64,000 nt of DNA from a virus. The stretch covers positions 45,586 to 109,585 of the IMG/VR virus record IMGVR_UViG_3300031952_000004; one strand, given 5' to 3'. Shown one piece after another: positions 9,397 to 17,896 of this stretch. Position numbers and translations under genes: made by a program. The number at the start of each line of letters is the position of its first letter. The stretch's first letter is position 1. The notes below the pieces were generated by a model. The model did no database searches and was not told where the DNA came from. It worked only from the letters and a program-made list of their open reading frames with translations.

Positions 9397-10617
9397 ATGA
9401 TACCCAGTAAATTTTGTAAACCTAGAATATTCCCTGCAAATTCGGCAAGAGTGCCAGAACAGGTGGATAGGCTCCAGGACATCGGAATGGATTTAACGCT
9501 TAATAGAGAAAAACAGCATGAAATCGGTAGAGTTGGTATTTTAGCTTATAAGGAAGGAACTCCAGCATTAGCTTATTCGATGAGGCAATTTGAATTTGGC
9601 GATATGGCTCTTTGGTATGCTATGGCTAATAAAGCAGGAACTCCTAATTATGTTAGTTTAGATGATTTTAAAACCAATACTTTTGACATTGCTGCATTTT
9701 TAACAGATGATAACGATACATTTAGAGGAACAATAGTTCTTCCTAAATTAAGAGTTAATGGATTTTCTATTAATATCGGAGACCCAGATGCTATAGTTGA
9801 AAGAAATTTTGATTTAGTTGGCGAAGATAAAAAATTATTAGACGAAAAATATTATGCTTATGATTCGTTAGCAGTAATAGATGCAGACCCAATACAAACA
9901 TTAACATTAGACCCAGTAGCTGTGGAATATGCAACTGGAAAATTTGTTTCTAAAGTTTTAAGAGTAAGAGCAGGAGCAGTTAGTGAATTGGAAGAAGATG
10001 CTACTTCTACCTATGATGCAAATACTTGGAGATACTCTGCAGGTGCTGTAATTGTTCAAACATGTGAAAATAGTGATTTAATAAAAGTTTATTATGTTTC
10101 TTCAACTGCTTATGATACACTTTGGACAGACCATAATGAACCAAGTTATTCTAACTTTTTATTGGCAGATTCTTGTACAATTCTTATGAAAGTAGGTGTT
10201 GGAGATGCTGCAAAAATTTACCGTTTACAATCTGTAGGAACGGATATTGCTTTTGAAAGAGCTGATTATAAAGAAATAGGTAATAGTGAAATAGTTCTTC
10301 GTGGTTCTAAAACAGAAACTGTAATAATCGCATTAAATAAATTTGCTGAAGATTTAACTCTTGAAAGAATCTTAGCAGGCGGTGGTACAGATGTTTTAAT
10401 CGACCCTAGAGATTTTGTTGACACTATTCAACTTAGAATAGAAGTTTATGAAGATAAAACAAAAGAAACATTTAAAATTGGTTATTTAATGACAGGACTT
10501 ACCCCCACTACATTAGGTACAACTCAGGCGGTAGAAGATTATCAAGTAAGAACAACTAATTTGGAAGGGGCTAACTGTAAAATATCTCATTTAATAGCTC
10601 AATTAGCCTGGTTATAA
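9397..10617 (+). CDS. Major tail (tube) protein
   Basis: 406 aa beta-rich, AGGAGG RBS, follows terminator gene and is followed by a strong hairpin. Confidence 0.6.
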   Translation: MIPSKFCKPRIFPANSARVPEQVDRLQDIGMDLTLNREKQHEIGRVGILAYKEGTPALAYSMRQFEFGDMALWYAMANKAGTPNYVSLDDFKTNTFDIAAFLTDDNDTFRGTIVLPKLRVNGFSINIGDPDAIVERNFDLVGEDKKLLDEKYYAYDSLAVIDADPIQTLTLDPVAVEYATGKFVSKVLRVRAGAVSELEEDATSTYDANTWRYSAGAVIVQTCENSDLIKVYYVSSTAYDTLWTDHNEPSYSNFLLADSCTILMKVGVGDAAKIYRLQSVGTDIAFERADYKEIGNSEIVLRGSKTETVIIALNKFAEDLTLERILAGGGTDVLIDPRDFVDTIQLRIEVYEDKTKETFKIGYLMTGLTPTTLGTTQAVEDYQVRTTNLEGANCKISHLIAQLAWL

Positions 10618-10627
10618 AATAAATAAA

Positions 10628-10661
10628 GAAGGGAGGAGTCAATTTGCCTTCTCCCTTCCCA
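10628..10661 (+). terminator. GC-rich hairpin ending in CCA after tail tube gene
   Basis: gaagggaggag...cttctcccttc then cca. Confidence 0.55.
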
Positions 10662-10783
10662 AAATACTTATCAAAGGTAGGTATTCTACAAAGGCTTTTC
10701 TCATTGAGCCAATATTAATCAATGAGAATGTAAGGTAAGAGATAATGGATATAAAAGTAAGTAAAAAATTAATTATAATACAC

Positions 10784-10838
10784 GCAGAGAGGAAACTAAC
10801 GCCTATCGTATATGAAAGGTCTGTTTCCTCTTTTTTGC
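10784..10838 (+). terminator. Hairpin with U-tract upstream of HNH gene (terminator/attenuator)
   Basis: agaggaaac...gtttcctct followed by a T run; TATAAT at 10774-10779 just upstream. Confidence 0.55.
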
Positions 10839-10852
10839 TTTATGGAGAATAG

Positions 10853-11581
10853 ATGCAATTTAAATTTTGCTCAGAATGTAAAACGAGAAAATCTATAAAT
10901 CAATTTCATAAATGTATTAGAGATGGAATATCTAGTTGGTGTAAAGAATGTTATAAAGAATATTATATATTGCATAAAGAAGAAATAAAGAAATATAAAG
11001 TGAAACATTATCAAATTCATAAAGAAGAAATTAGAGAAAAACACAAAGAATATCAAAGGATTCATATAAAAGAAATTAAACAAAAGCACCACGACTATTG
11101 GTTAATAAACAAAAAACAATTAAGACAAAAACAAATAAATTACAACATAACTAATCGAGATAAAATTAAGCAGTATCAACATAATTGGTATATAAAACAT
11201 AAAGAAAAAATAATAAAACGACAAATCGATAATGAGAAAAGCAAATATAAAACAGATATTTGCTTTAGAATTTTAAAAAATTTAAGAGTCCGAATAAGAT
11301 TGGCATTAAAAGGCAATCTCAAATCCGAAATTACTATGAAGTTATTGGGTTGTAGTATTAAATTTTTTAGAAATTATTATGAATCTAAATTTACCAAAGG
11401 TATGTCTTGGACAAAAGTAATGAATGGAGAAATCCACTGCGACCATATCAAACCCTGTGCTTCGTTTGATTTATCTAAACCAAGCGAGCAAAAGAAATGT
11501 TTTAATTACACTAATCTTCAACCTCTATGGGCAATTGATAATTTAAGAAAAAATAAGAAGGAATTTATATGCAGCCAATAA
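10853..11581 (+). CDS. HNH homing endonuclease
   Basis: CSEC..CKEC, Lys/Tyr-rich helical repeats, IHCDHIKPCASFDL..CFNYTNLQPLWAIDNLRK; paralogue of 47535-48080. Confidence 0.85.
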   Translation: MQFKFCSECKTRKSINQFHKCIRDGISSWCKECYKEYYILHKEEIKKYKVKHYQIHKEEIREKHKEYQRIHIKEIKQKHHDYWLINKKQLRQKQINYNITNRDKIKQYQHNWYIKHKEKIIKRQIDNEKSKYKTDICFRILKNLRVRIRLALKGNLKSEITMKLLGCSIKFFRNYYESKFTKGMSWTKVMNGEIHCDHIKPCASFDLSKPSEQKKCFNYTNLQPLWAIDNLRKNKKEFICSQ

Positions 11582-11802
11582 GTTTATTAACGAAGGGTTT
11601 AATTTCTCAAAAAGGAGAAATAATAAATAATTATTTCTTCCCATTTCAAATTTCTATAGATTATGGTGAAAAAATAATTAATGTGGAAGTCGAAGATAAC
11701 GAATTATTTGTATTAATAGAACAACCAGTATTAACAGTTCAGGCAGGACAAGAAAATATAGAAGTAACTTTAGACCAACCAGATATAACAGTAAAAGATT
11801 AA
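11569..11802 (+). CDS. Small beta-rich virion-associated protein
   Basis: ORF with RBS in HNH 3' end; acidic beta-strand pattern. Confidence 0.45.
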   Translation: MQPISLLTKGLISQKGEIINNYFFPFQISIDYGEKIINVEVEDNELFVLIEQPVLTVQAGQENIEVTLDQPDITVKD

Positions 11803-11813
11803 GGAGAAAAATA

Positions 11814-12143
11814 ATGAGAAATGATATTACTTTAAAGACAAAAGAGCAGAAGGTTCTGAGCTTCACTTACAAAGATAGTTCGGGAACAATTATTCCACTT
11901 ACGGGATGCACATTTTCATTAGTAGTTGAGGATGCTGATGGAGTTGAAAAAATCACAAAAACTGATGCTTCATTTGATAAATCTCAAGTTGGAGTGGGTA
12001 TTGTAAAGGTAACATTTACTGTTACAGATTTAACTTTACCAGCAGGAGTATATACCTTAGAAATCAAAACTACGTTTACTACAGGGGAAATCGATAAATC
12101 GGTTTCCTTCGCAATGAATTTGGTGCAAGCATTAACCGAATAA
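11814..12143 (+). CDS. Ig-like BppU N-terminal-type structural protein
   Basis: FTYKDSSG.IIPLTG..F...G.V.V.....DL.LPAG.Y..EI pattern. Confidence 0.6.
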   Translation: MRNDITLKTKEQKVLSFTYKDSSGTIIPLTGCTFSLVVEDADGVEKITKTDASFDKSQVGVGIVKVTFTVTDLTLPAGVYTLEIKTTFTTGEIDKSVSFAMNLVQALTE

Positions 12144-12155
12144 AGAGGAGCAATC

Positions 12156-14468
12156 GTGATTCTTAAAAAAATACCTATAATTCTTGAGATTCCAGAGAAT
12201 ACTTGTCAAGTTAGTCCTAATTATACCGACAATATTCTTACTAAACAATTTTCAACTATTCAGGCTGCTATAGATTATGCAGTTAGCCAAAATCCATCTG
12301 AAAACGATGAGTGGACAGTTTTAGTTGAAAATGGGATTTATAATGAACAAGTTATTATGGCAGAATATGTTGCTCTTAAAGGAAGAAATAAAGAAACATG
12401 TATAGTAGAAAGGGGTACTTTACCTCTTGTTTATAATGTAGATAATACAGTTATTAATACTATAACTTTTAGAGTTACAGATACAGATGGTAAATTTGCT
12501 TCTATAGATGGCGGTGGGTCTCAAATAGAAATACAAATCTATGATTGCTTTTTACAAGGTACAGGCGATGATAGGAATGTTTTAGAATTAGCAAATAATG
12601 TTAAGGCTTATTTATATGAAACAGAAGGAGATAATTGTGGTAGCGGTGATATAGGAAAAAAGATTATAACTTCTTTAGCAAGTGGTTCAAATATAGAACT
12701 TTATTTAGAAGCAGCATACATCTGCGGTGGAATAACATGGGGTGGTGGAAATCTAATTATTTTTAACATAGAACTTTTAGACGATGCAACTCTGGACATT
12801 AATGGTGGCGATGTTAGATTAGATTATTTATGGATAGAAAATACAAGTACTTATGCTATAAAATTTAATACAACTGGAGAAGTGATATGTAAAAATCTTA
12901 TTTTAGAAAGTGGTGGAGCCGAAAATACAATTCAATTTACTGCAGTTCCAAGTTATACTGAATTTACTTCTTGTTCAATTCAAAGTTCAGGACTTTATTC
13001 TATTTATGCTTTTACTCTTATTTCTGAAGTAGTATTAGAGGCTTCATATTTAGAAAAACCAACTTATAATATTCAAACTCGAAATGTCTTTTTATATAGT
13101 CTAACCAAATTAGAAGCAGGAGATAGTGAAACTTTTACACATTCATCAGATAGTAAATATGCAAGATTAGTTCAGATTAGTAGAATTGGTTCTGCAAATT
13201 ATACAGACATAGATTTTGATGAAGCAGATGAATCTTTATTTATTCAAGAAGATGCTACTAAAACTAATTTTATTGGTGGACAAGTACAATTAGCAGGAGA
13301 TGCTACTTTTGTTTTGGATTCATCTGGTAATGGAAGAAATGGAGTTACTGTAAATAATCCATTATGGGTTGTAGGAAAATTAAATAATTGTTTACAATTT
13401 AATGGAACCAATCAACAGGTAAATTGCGGAGATATAGCAAATTTTGAAAGAACACAACCATGTTCTTATGAATTTTGGTTTAATACTACTTCAGTAGATA
13501 CAAGACTATTTCTTTCAAATATGGAAATGCCTACTCCTAAAGGTATGAGAATAGCTATGATGTCTGGAAATATTGACATTGGATTCTATAATTCTGGTAG
13601 TAATATTCTTAAAGTTCATACAAATTTAACCTTTAATAATGGTATATTTCATCATTGTATTATAACTTATAATGGTTCTTCTCTTGCTTCTGGTATAAAA
13701 ATTTATGTGGATAATGTTTTACAATCTATAATAATCGATAATAACAATTTAACTGCTACAATTTTGAATACTGCAACTTTTCGTATTGCAGGTAGAAGTG
13801 ATTTGATTTATTTCTTTAATGGTAAAATAGACGAAGTAATAATTTATGATAGAGAATTAGATTCAGTCGAAGTTGCTAATAGATATAATGGTGGAACAGG
13901 AACAGAAACTTTATTTGGAACTGCTTATGCTCAGTATCATTTAAATGGTTCGGGTTACGATACTACTAAAGGTTGGTATGTAAGAACAAATATAAATCAA
14001 ATAGATACATCTACTTGGTATACTATAGGACATATTAATATAACAGCAACAGTACCCACAAATACAAATATAAAATATTTAATTAGTGTAGACAATAAAG
14101 TAACATGGAAAAAATGGACTGGAACAAATTGGGTTACAGTTTCTTTGGTAAATATAGATACACAAGGAAATACAGAAGCAGAAATAGAAGTATTAACAGA
14201 TAGTGAATATGGATTATTATTTGTTGCTGGAACTTTAGACATTGTAGCAAGTTTAAAAACAACAGATGCAACAGCAACTCCATCATTAAGTCAAATAGAT
14301 GTTAATTATTTAGTAGGAAGTAGACATTTATGTTTTGATAATGATTTAATAATTGAATTTTTAGATGCTACCCATACAAAAATAACGAATACAATCAATC
14401 CCCCCGAAACTCTCTTTGGATTAAAAGTAAATATCTTCTTATGGGGGGGGGGCTATAGCGTAATATGA
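12156..14468 (+). CDS. Tail fibre/spike with pectinesterase-like beta-helix and LamG domain
   Basis: FSTIQAAID..V.NG.YNEQV; DSSGNGRNG..LQFNG..HH...YNG..IYVD..FNGKIDEV.IYDREL. Confidence 0.75.
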   Translation: MILKKIPIILEIPENTCQVSPNYTDNILTKQFSTIQAAIDYAVSQNPSENDEWTVLVENGIYNEQVIMAEYVALKGRNKETCIVERGTLPLVYNVDNTVINTITFRVTDTDGKFASIDGGGSQIEIQIYDCFLQGTGDDRNVLELANNVKAYLYETEGDNCGSGDIGKKIITSLASGSNIELYLEAAYICGGITWGGGNLIIFNIELLDDATLDINGGDVRLDYLWIENTSTYAIKFNTTGEVICKNLILESGGAENTIQFTAVPSYTEFTSCSIQSSGLYSIYAFTLISEVVLEASYLEKPTYNIQTRNVFLYSLTKLEAGDSETFTHSSDSKYARLVQISRIGSANYTDIDFDEADESLFIQEDATKTNFIGGQVQLAGDATFVLDSSGNGRNGVTVNNPLWVVGKLNNCLQFNGTNQQVNCGDIANFERTQPCSYEFWFNTTSVDTRLFLSNMEMPTPKGMRIAMMSGNIDIGFYNSGSNILKVHTNLTFNNGIFHHCIITYNGSSLASGIKIYVDNVLQSIIIDNNNLTATILNTATFRIAGRSDLIYFFNGKIDEVIIYDRELDSVEVANRYNGGTGTETLFGTAYAQYHLNGSGYDTTKGWYVRTNINQIDTSTWYTIGHINITATVPTNTNIKYLISVDNKVTWKKWTGTNWVTVSLVNIDTQGNTEAEIEVLTDSEYGLLFVAGTLDIVASLKTTDATATPSLSQIDVNYLVGSRHLCFDNDLIIEFLDATHTKITNTINPPETLFGLKVNIFLWGGGYSVI
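14443..14452 (+). repeat. G10 homopolymer
   Basis: Ten consecutive G in an AT-rich genome; a C6 run lies at 14400-14405. Confidence 0.9.
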
Positions 14469-14941
14469 AAATACTTGTAAATAAAATAACTAATAAAATT
14501 ATTGATTATGGAAATGATGTTAGTCCATCTTCTGATAATGAATACGTTACAAATATTGCGTCCGACCTTTCAATATGGCAGGGTAGTAAAATTTTTTATA
14601 ATTCTGTAAGAAGAACTTTTGAAAAAGGAGATGGATTTCAAAGTTGGAATAATACTACTAGAATAGAACATCCAGTTGAAGATTTAATTGGTTACAATAC
14701 AGAAAAAAATAGAATAGAATTTTATATAAAAGAATTAGATAAATGGCTTTATTTATGGAGTGAATTTATTGCAATAACAGAAATACCTACTATACCTTAT
14801 TTCTTAGAAGATTTTGAAACAGGATGGTTAGTAGAAGGTACATTTAATAATATATTTGATGAATTATTCGAAACAGAATGGTTTATAGATAATTTTTTTA
14901 CAGGATTATTTGCTGAAAATTTTCAGGGAATAGATTGGTAA
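14465..14941 (+). CDS. Fibre-associated protein with acidic E.FE..W repeats
   Basis: ATGA overlap with fibre gene; LEDFETGW/DELFETEW/AENFQGIDW. Confidence 0.55.
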   Translation: MKILVNKITNKIIDYGNDVSPSSDNEYVTNIASDLSIWQGSKIFYNSVRRTFEKGDGFQSWNNTTRIEHPVEDLIGYNTEKNRIEFYIKELDKWLYLWSEFIAITEIPTIPYFLEDFETGWLVEGTFNNIFDELFETEWFIDNFFTGLFAENFQGIDW

Positions 14942-14961
14942 ATTAAAAAAGGAGATTAAAA

Positions 14962-15483
14962 ATGAAATCAGATTGGACTATTACAGGAACAGGTGGTCAA
15001 GCAGTAATTGATGAAGGTGGTTCTAAAAGATGTCAATTGACTGCACAAAAAACGATGTTATGGAATGGTAGAAATAATTTACTTAATGCAGAAATAATTG
15101 GGCAAATTAAAGTTGGTAGTAATGCTAATTATGCTGGGGGTTTTCTTTTAAGATGTGATAGTTCATGCAATAATGCTTATAATTTAAGAGTTTCTGCAAA
15201 TGGTTCGGTAAAAATTTATTATATATATCGAATATTAAATGGAGTATGGACATCCTTAGCAATTTCAAATTCGTCTGAACAATATGGAGTATATACCAAA
15301 GTAAGATTTAGAGTAGATGGAAATCAAATTTCAGTAGAAGAATGGATTACTGGAGTATGGAATTTAATACAGTTAGTTACAGATAATTATGTAACCGTTG
15401 CTGGATATGCAGGATTAAGAGGAGATAGTTCAGCAGGTTATAGTGTACAATTTGATAATATTGAGGTTAATGAGAAGGCATAA
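14962..15483 (+). CDS. Concanavalin-like beta-sandwich protein
   Basis: GGFLLR..AY.L...KVRFRVDG.QI..GYAGL...VQFDNIEV pattern. Confidence 0.6.
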   Translation: MKSDWTITGTGGQAVIDEGGSKRCQLTAQKTMLWNGRNNLLNAEIIGQIKVGSNANYAGGFLLRCDSSCNNAYNLRVSANGSVKIYYIYRILNGVWTSLAISNSSEQYGVYTKVRFRVDGNQISVEEWITGVWNLIQLVTDNYVTVAGYAGLRGDSSAGYSVQFDNIEVNEKA

Positions 15484-15484
15484 A

Positions 15485-15679
15485 ATGGAAAAAATATATT
15501 GTTCGATACATAATCTTAATATTAATATTTATTCAAAAGAAGAAGAGGATTTATTTGTAGATGATAATGAACAGGAATCAGTTATTTTTGATAATGGAAT
15601 TAATAAATATTTAAAAAGATTTACCATAAATCTTTGTGATGAAAATTGTTTAACCATAAGACAGATTTTAGAAGAATAA
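15485..15679 (+). CDS. Hypothetical protein
   Basis: Short ORF; ATG just after previous stop. Confidence 0.45.
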   Translation: MEKIYCSIHNLNINIYSKEEEDLFVDDNEQESVIFDNGINKYLKRFTINLCDENCLTIRQILEE

Positions 15680-15680
15680 A

Positions 15681-16634
15681 ATGATAACTCTATATAAAAA
15701 TATAGCATATAAACTTGAATTAGTGGTGCTAGATAACGATGGTAAATTTACTCCTGGACTTACTGTAACATATGAGATTAGAAAATGTTCAGATGATTCT
15801 TTATTTGCTTCAGGAACAATGTCTGAGACATCTTCAGTTTATTATGTAGATGTTACTTTTACAGTAAATGCAGAATATAAAGTTAAATATGTTACTCCTG
15901 TTGGTTATGAAAATGGATTTGAGGAAATTTTAGTAGAAAATAATTTAGCCAATCAAGTTTGGGATGCATTAACCGCAGAACATACTTTATCTAATACTTT
16001 TGGGTACATGTTCATTCACATAAATTCTACAGTTGCAGCAATAAATAGTTTATTAGAAAGTGTTTCTAGTACATTAAATACTGTAGAATATTATTGTGAA
16101 AATATGGCAGACATTATTTGGAGTAATTCAACAAGAACATTAACTTCATTTGGAACATTAGTTGCAAGTATTTGGTCATATGGAACTCGTACTTTGACAT
16201 CTTATGGAACTTTAGTTAGCGACATTTCTACAGCAGTTTGGGGAGCAACAACAAGAACACTTACATCTTTTGGTACGTTAATTGCAGACATTTGGAATTA
16301 TGTTACTCGTACAATAACTTCTGGAGGAATAACTGCTGCGGAAGTTTGGACATATATTACTAGAACTTTAACCGCAGGAACCAAAGATTCAGAAATAGAT
16401 GCAATAAAAACTCAAACTGATAAAATTCCTAGAATTTTAGGATTATCTATGGAGAATCACAGAATTTTTTCTCCAGTTTATGATAGTAATAATTGTTTAA
16501 CTTCTGCGACAATAAAAATTTATCCTACTAAGGCAGATGTTTTAGCTGACACAAATTCAATAGCAATCTATGCGATGGTAGCAACGTTTGACGTAGATGG
16601 AAAATGTTTAACCTACAGAATGACGAAGGAATAA
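15681..16634 (+). CDS. Virion protein with Ig-like N-terminus and W...TRTLT repeats
   Basis: Five W-x3-TRT(L/I)T repeats. Confidence 0.6.
   Translation: MITLYKNIAYKLELVVLDNDGKFTPGLTVTYEIRKCSDDSLFASGTMSETSSVYYVDVTFTVNAEYKVKYVTPVGYENGFEEILVENNLANQVWDALTAEHTLSNTFGYMFIHINSTVAAINSLLESVSSTLNTVEYYCENMADIIWSNSTRTLTSFGTLVASIWSYGTRTLTSYGTLVSDISTAVWGATTRTLTSFGTLIADIWNYVTRTITSGGITAAEVWTYITRTLTAGTKDSEIDAIKTQTDKIPRILGLSMENHRIFSPVYDSNNCLTSATIKIYPTKADVLADTNSIAIYAMVATFDVDGKCLTYRMTKE
16116..16380 (+). repeat. Intragenic tandem protein repeat (W-x3-TRTLT-x-G), 5 copies
   Basis: Visible in translation; codons diverged. Confidence 0.85.
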
Positions 16635-16637
16635 AAA

Positions 16638-16913
16638 ATGGATGAATTTAAATCGATTATAGATTATATTGTTCAACAAGAATCAAGAAAAACAGTTGGC
16701 ATCCTCTTAAAAAGAATAGAATTATCAGTAGAATTAGCTAAAAAAGAAAATAGAGATTATCTAACTTTTCAAGAAGTTGAAGGATTAAAATCTCAAATAA
16801 AAGAGGCGACCTATGAGGCATATAGGAATATAAGAGATTTTTTAAATACTGGTAAAATTATACTTGTAAATGCAAATGAACAAAAACGTAAGGAAAACCT
16901 AAAAAAGGAGTAA
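16638..16913 (+). CDS. Hypothetical helical protein
   Basis: ORF with RBS. Confidence 0.55.
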   Translation: MDEFKSIIDYIVQQESRKTVGILLKRIELSVELAKKENRDYLTFQEVEGLKSQIKEATYEAYRNIRDFLNTGKIILVNANEQKRKENLKKE

Positions 16914-16916
16914 GGA

Positions 16917-17549
16917 ATGGAAGATAATCATATGGAAGAAGCAAAAAAAATAGTCGAAGAAATGGATAAAGATATAAATTTAAAAAGAGCAGAAGAACTT
17001 ATTAGAGATAATAAGATTCAATTTGAATATAAAGATAAACAATATAGAGTTCGTATGCTTAATTTAAAAGAAAAGGAAGAATTAGATATGCTTCGTAGAA
17101 AAAAATTTGGACAACTTATTCAGGATAAAGATATTCTTCTCGAAAAAGACCTTATTAAAGTACTTAAAACAAGAGATATAGATGTAGATAAAATTAATGA
17201 CGATATAAAAAAATTAGAAGTTGGAGAATTAGATTTACAAATAAAATTAGGAGAAGCTATTTCTAAAAACGAAAATGAAACTATTTTAAAAAGATATAAA
17301 GAGCAAATCGAAGAAATAAGATTAAAAATAGCAATATTAAATACTCAAAAAACTTTAATATTAGAATTTAGTTTAGAAAATCAACTTTTAAATTATATTT
17401 CGCAAATAATTACTTATTTGAGTGCAGATATTTTAGAAGATGGAATTTGGAGAAGGATGTTTAATTCTTTGGTAGAATTTCAAAGTTATTCAGACGAATC
17501 TTTAATTAATAGAGCAGGGCAAATGAGTATGATTTTGCAGTATATTTAA
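16917..17549 (+). CDS. Putative tail assembly chaperone
   Basis: Charged helical protein upstream of tape measure. Confidence 0.45.
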   Translation: MEDNHMEEAKKIVEEMDKDINLKRAEELIRDNKIQFEYKDKQYRVRMLNLKEKEELDMLRRKKFGQLIQDKDILLEKDLIKVLKTRDIDVDKINDDIKKLEVGELDLQIKLGEAISKNENETILKRYKEQIEEIRLKIAILNTQKTLILEFSLENQLLNYISQIITYLSADILEDGIWRRMFNSLVEFQSYSDESLINRAGQMSMILQYI

Positions 17550-17553
17550 AAAT

Positions 17554-17892
17554 ATGAATATATGGTATAATATCAGGTTATTAGCTAAGAGTATAAAGGC
17601 TCAAAATTTATTTGCAGCAGCAAAAGAAATTTCAAGTATTAAATTATTTAAAAATAATTTTAATTTTTCTAAAATACAAGAATTATATCTTAACTATTTA
17701 TATATGTACGATGCTATTTTAAAAGATATAATTACCGAAAATATTAGTAAACATGTAATAGACAATGAAATTTATGAAGATGCTTATATGTTATGGCGAA
17801 AAGAAAATAGATACAAAAAACAAAAATCACAAGATAAAAATAAAGGCATTCATTTGGTTGCTGGAAACAAAATAAAATTTAAAGAGGGATAA
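17554..17892 (+). CDS. Putative tail assembly chaperone (second)
   Basis: Directly upstream of tape measure. Confidence 0.45.
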   Translation: MNIWYNIRLLAKSIKAQNLFAAAKEISSIKLFKNNFNFSKIQELYLNYLYMYDAILKDIITENISKHVIDNEIYEDAYMLWRKENRYKKQKSQDKNKGIHLVAGNKIKFKEG

Positions 17893-17896
17893 TACT

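Noticed and set aside
14443-14468. G-tract slippage fusing the fibre to the next gene
   Set aside because: Both alternative frames hit stops (TAG, TAA) before the next ATG
16895-16920. A-AAA-AAG slippery heptamer at the end of 16638-16913 as a tail chaperone frameshift
   Set aside because: The -1 frame stops within a few codons; the next gene is in frame 0 after TAA and has its own RBS
17540-17556. G/GT-type frameshift between 16917 and 17554
   Set aside because: The downstream ORF is in the +1 frame, TTTAAAA is not phased as a -1 site, and the ORF has its own ATG
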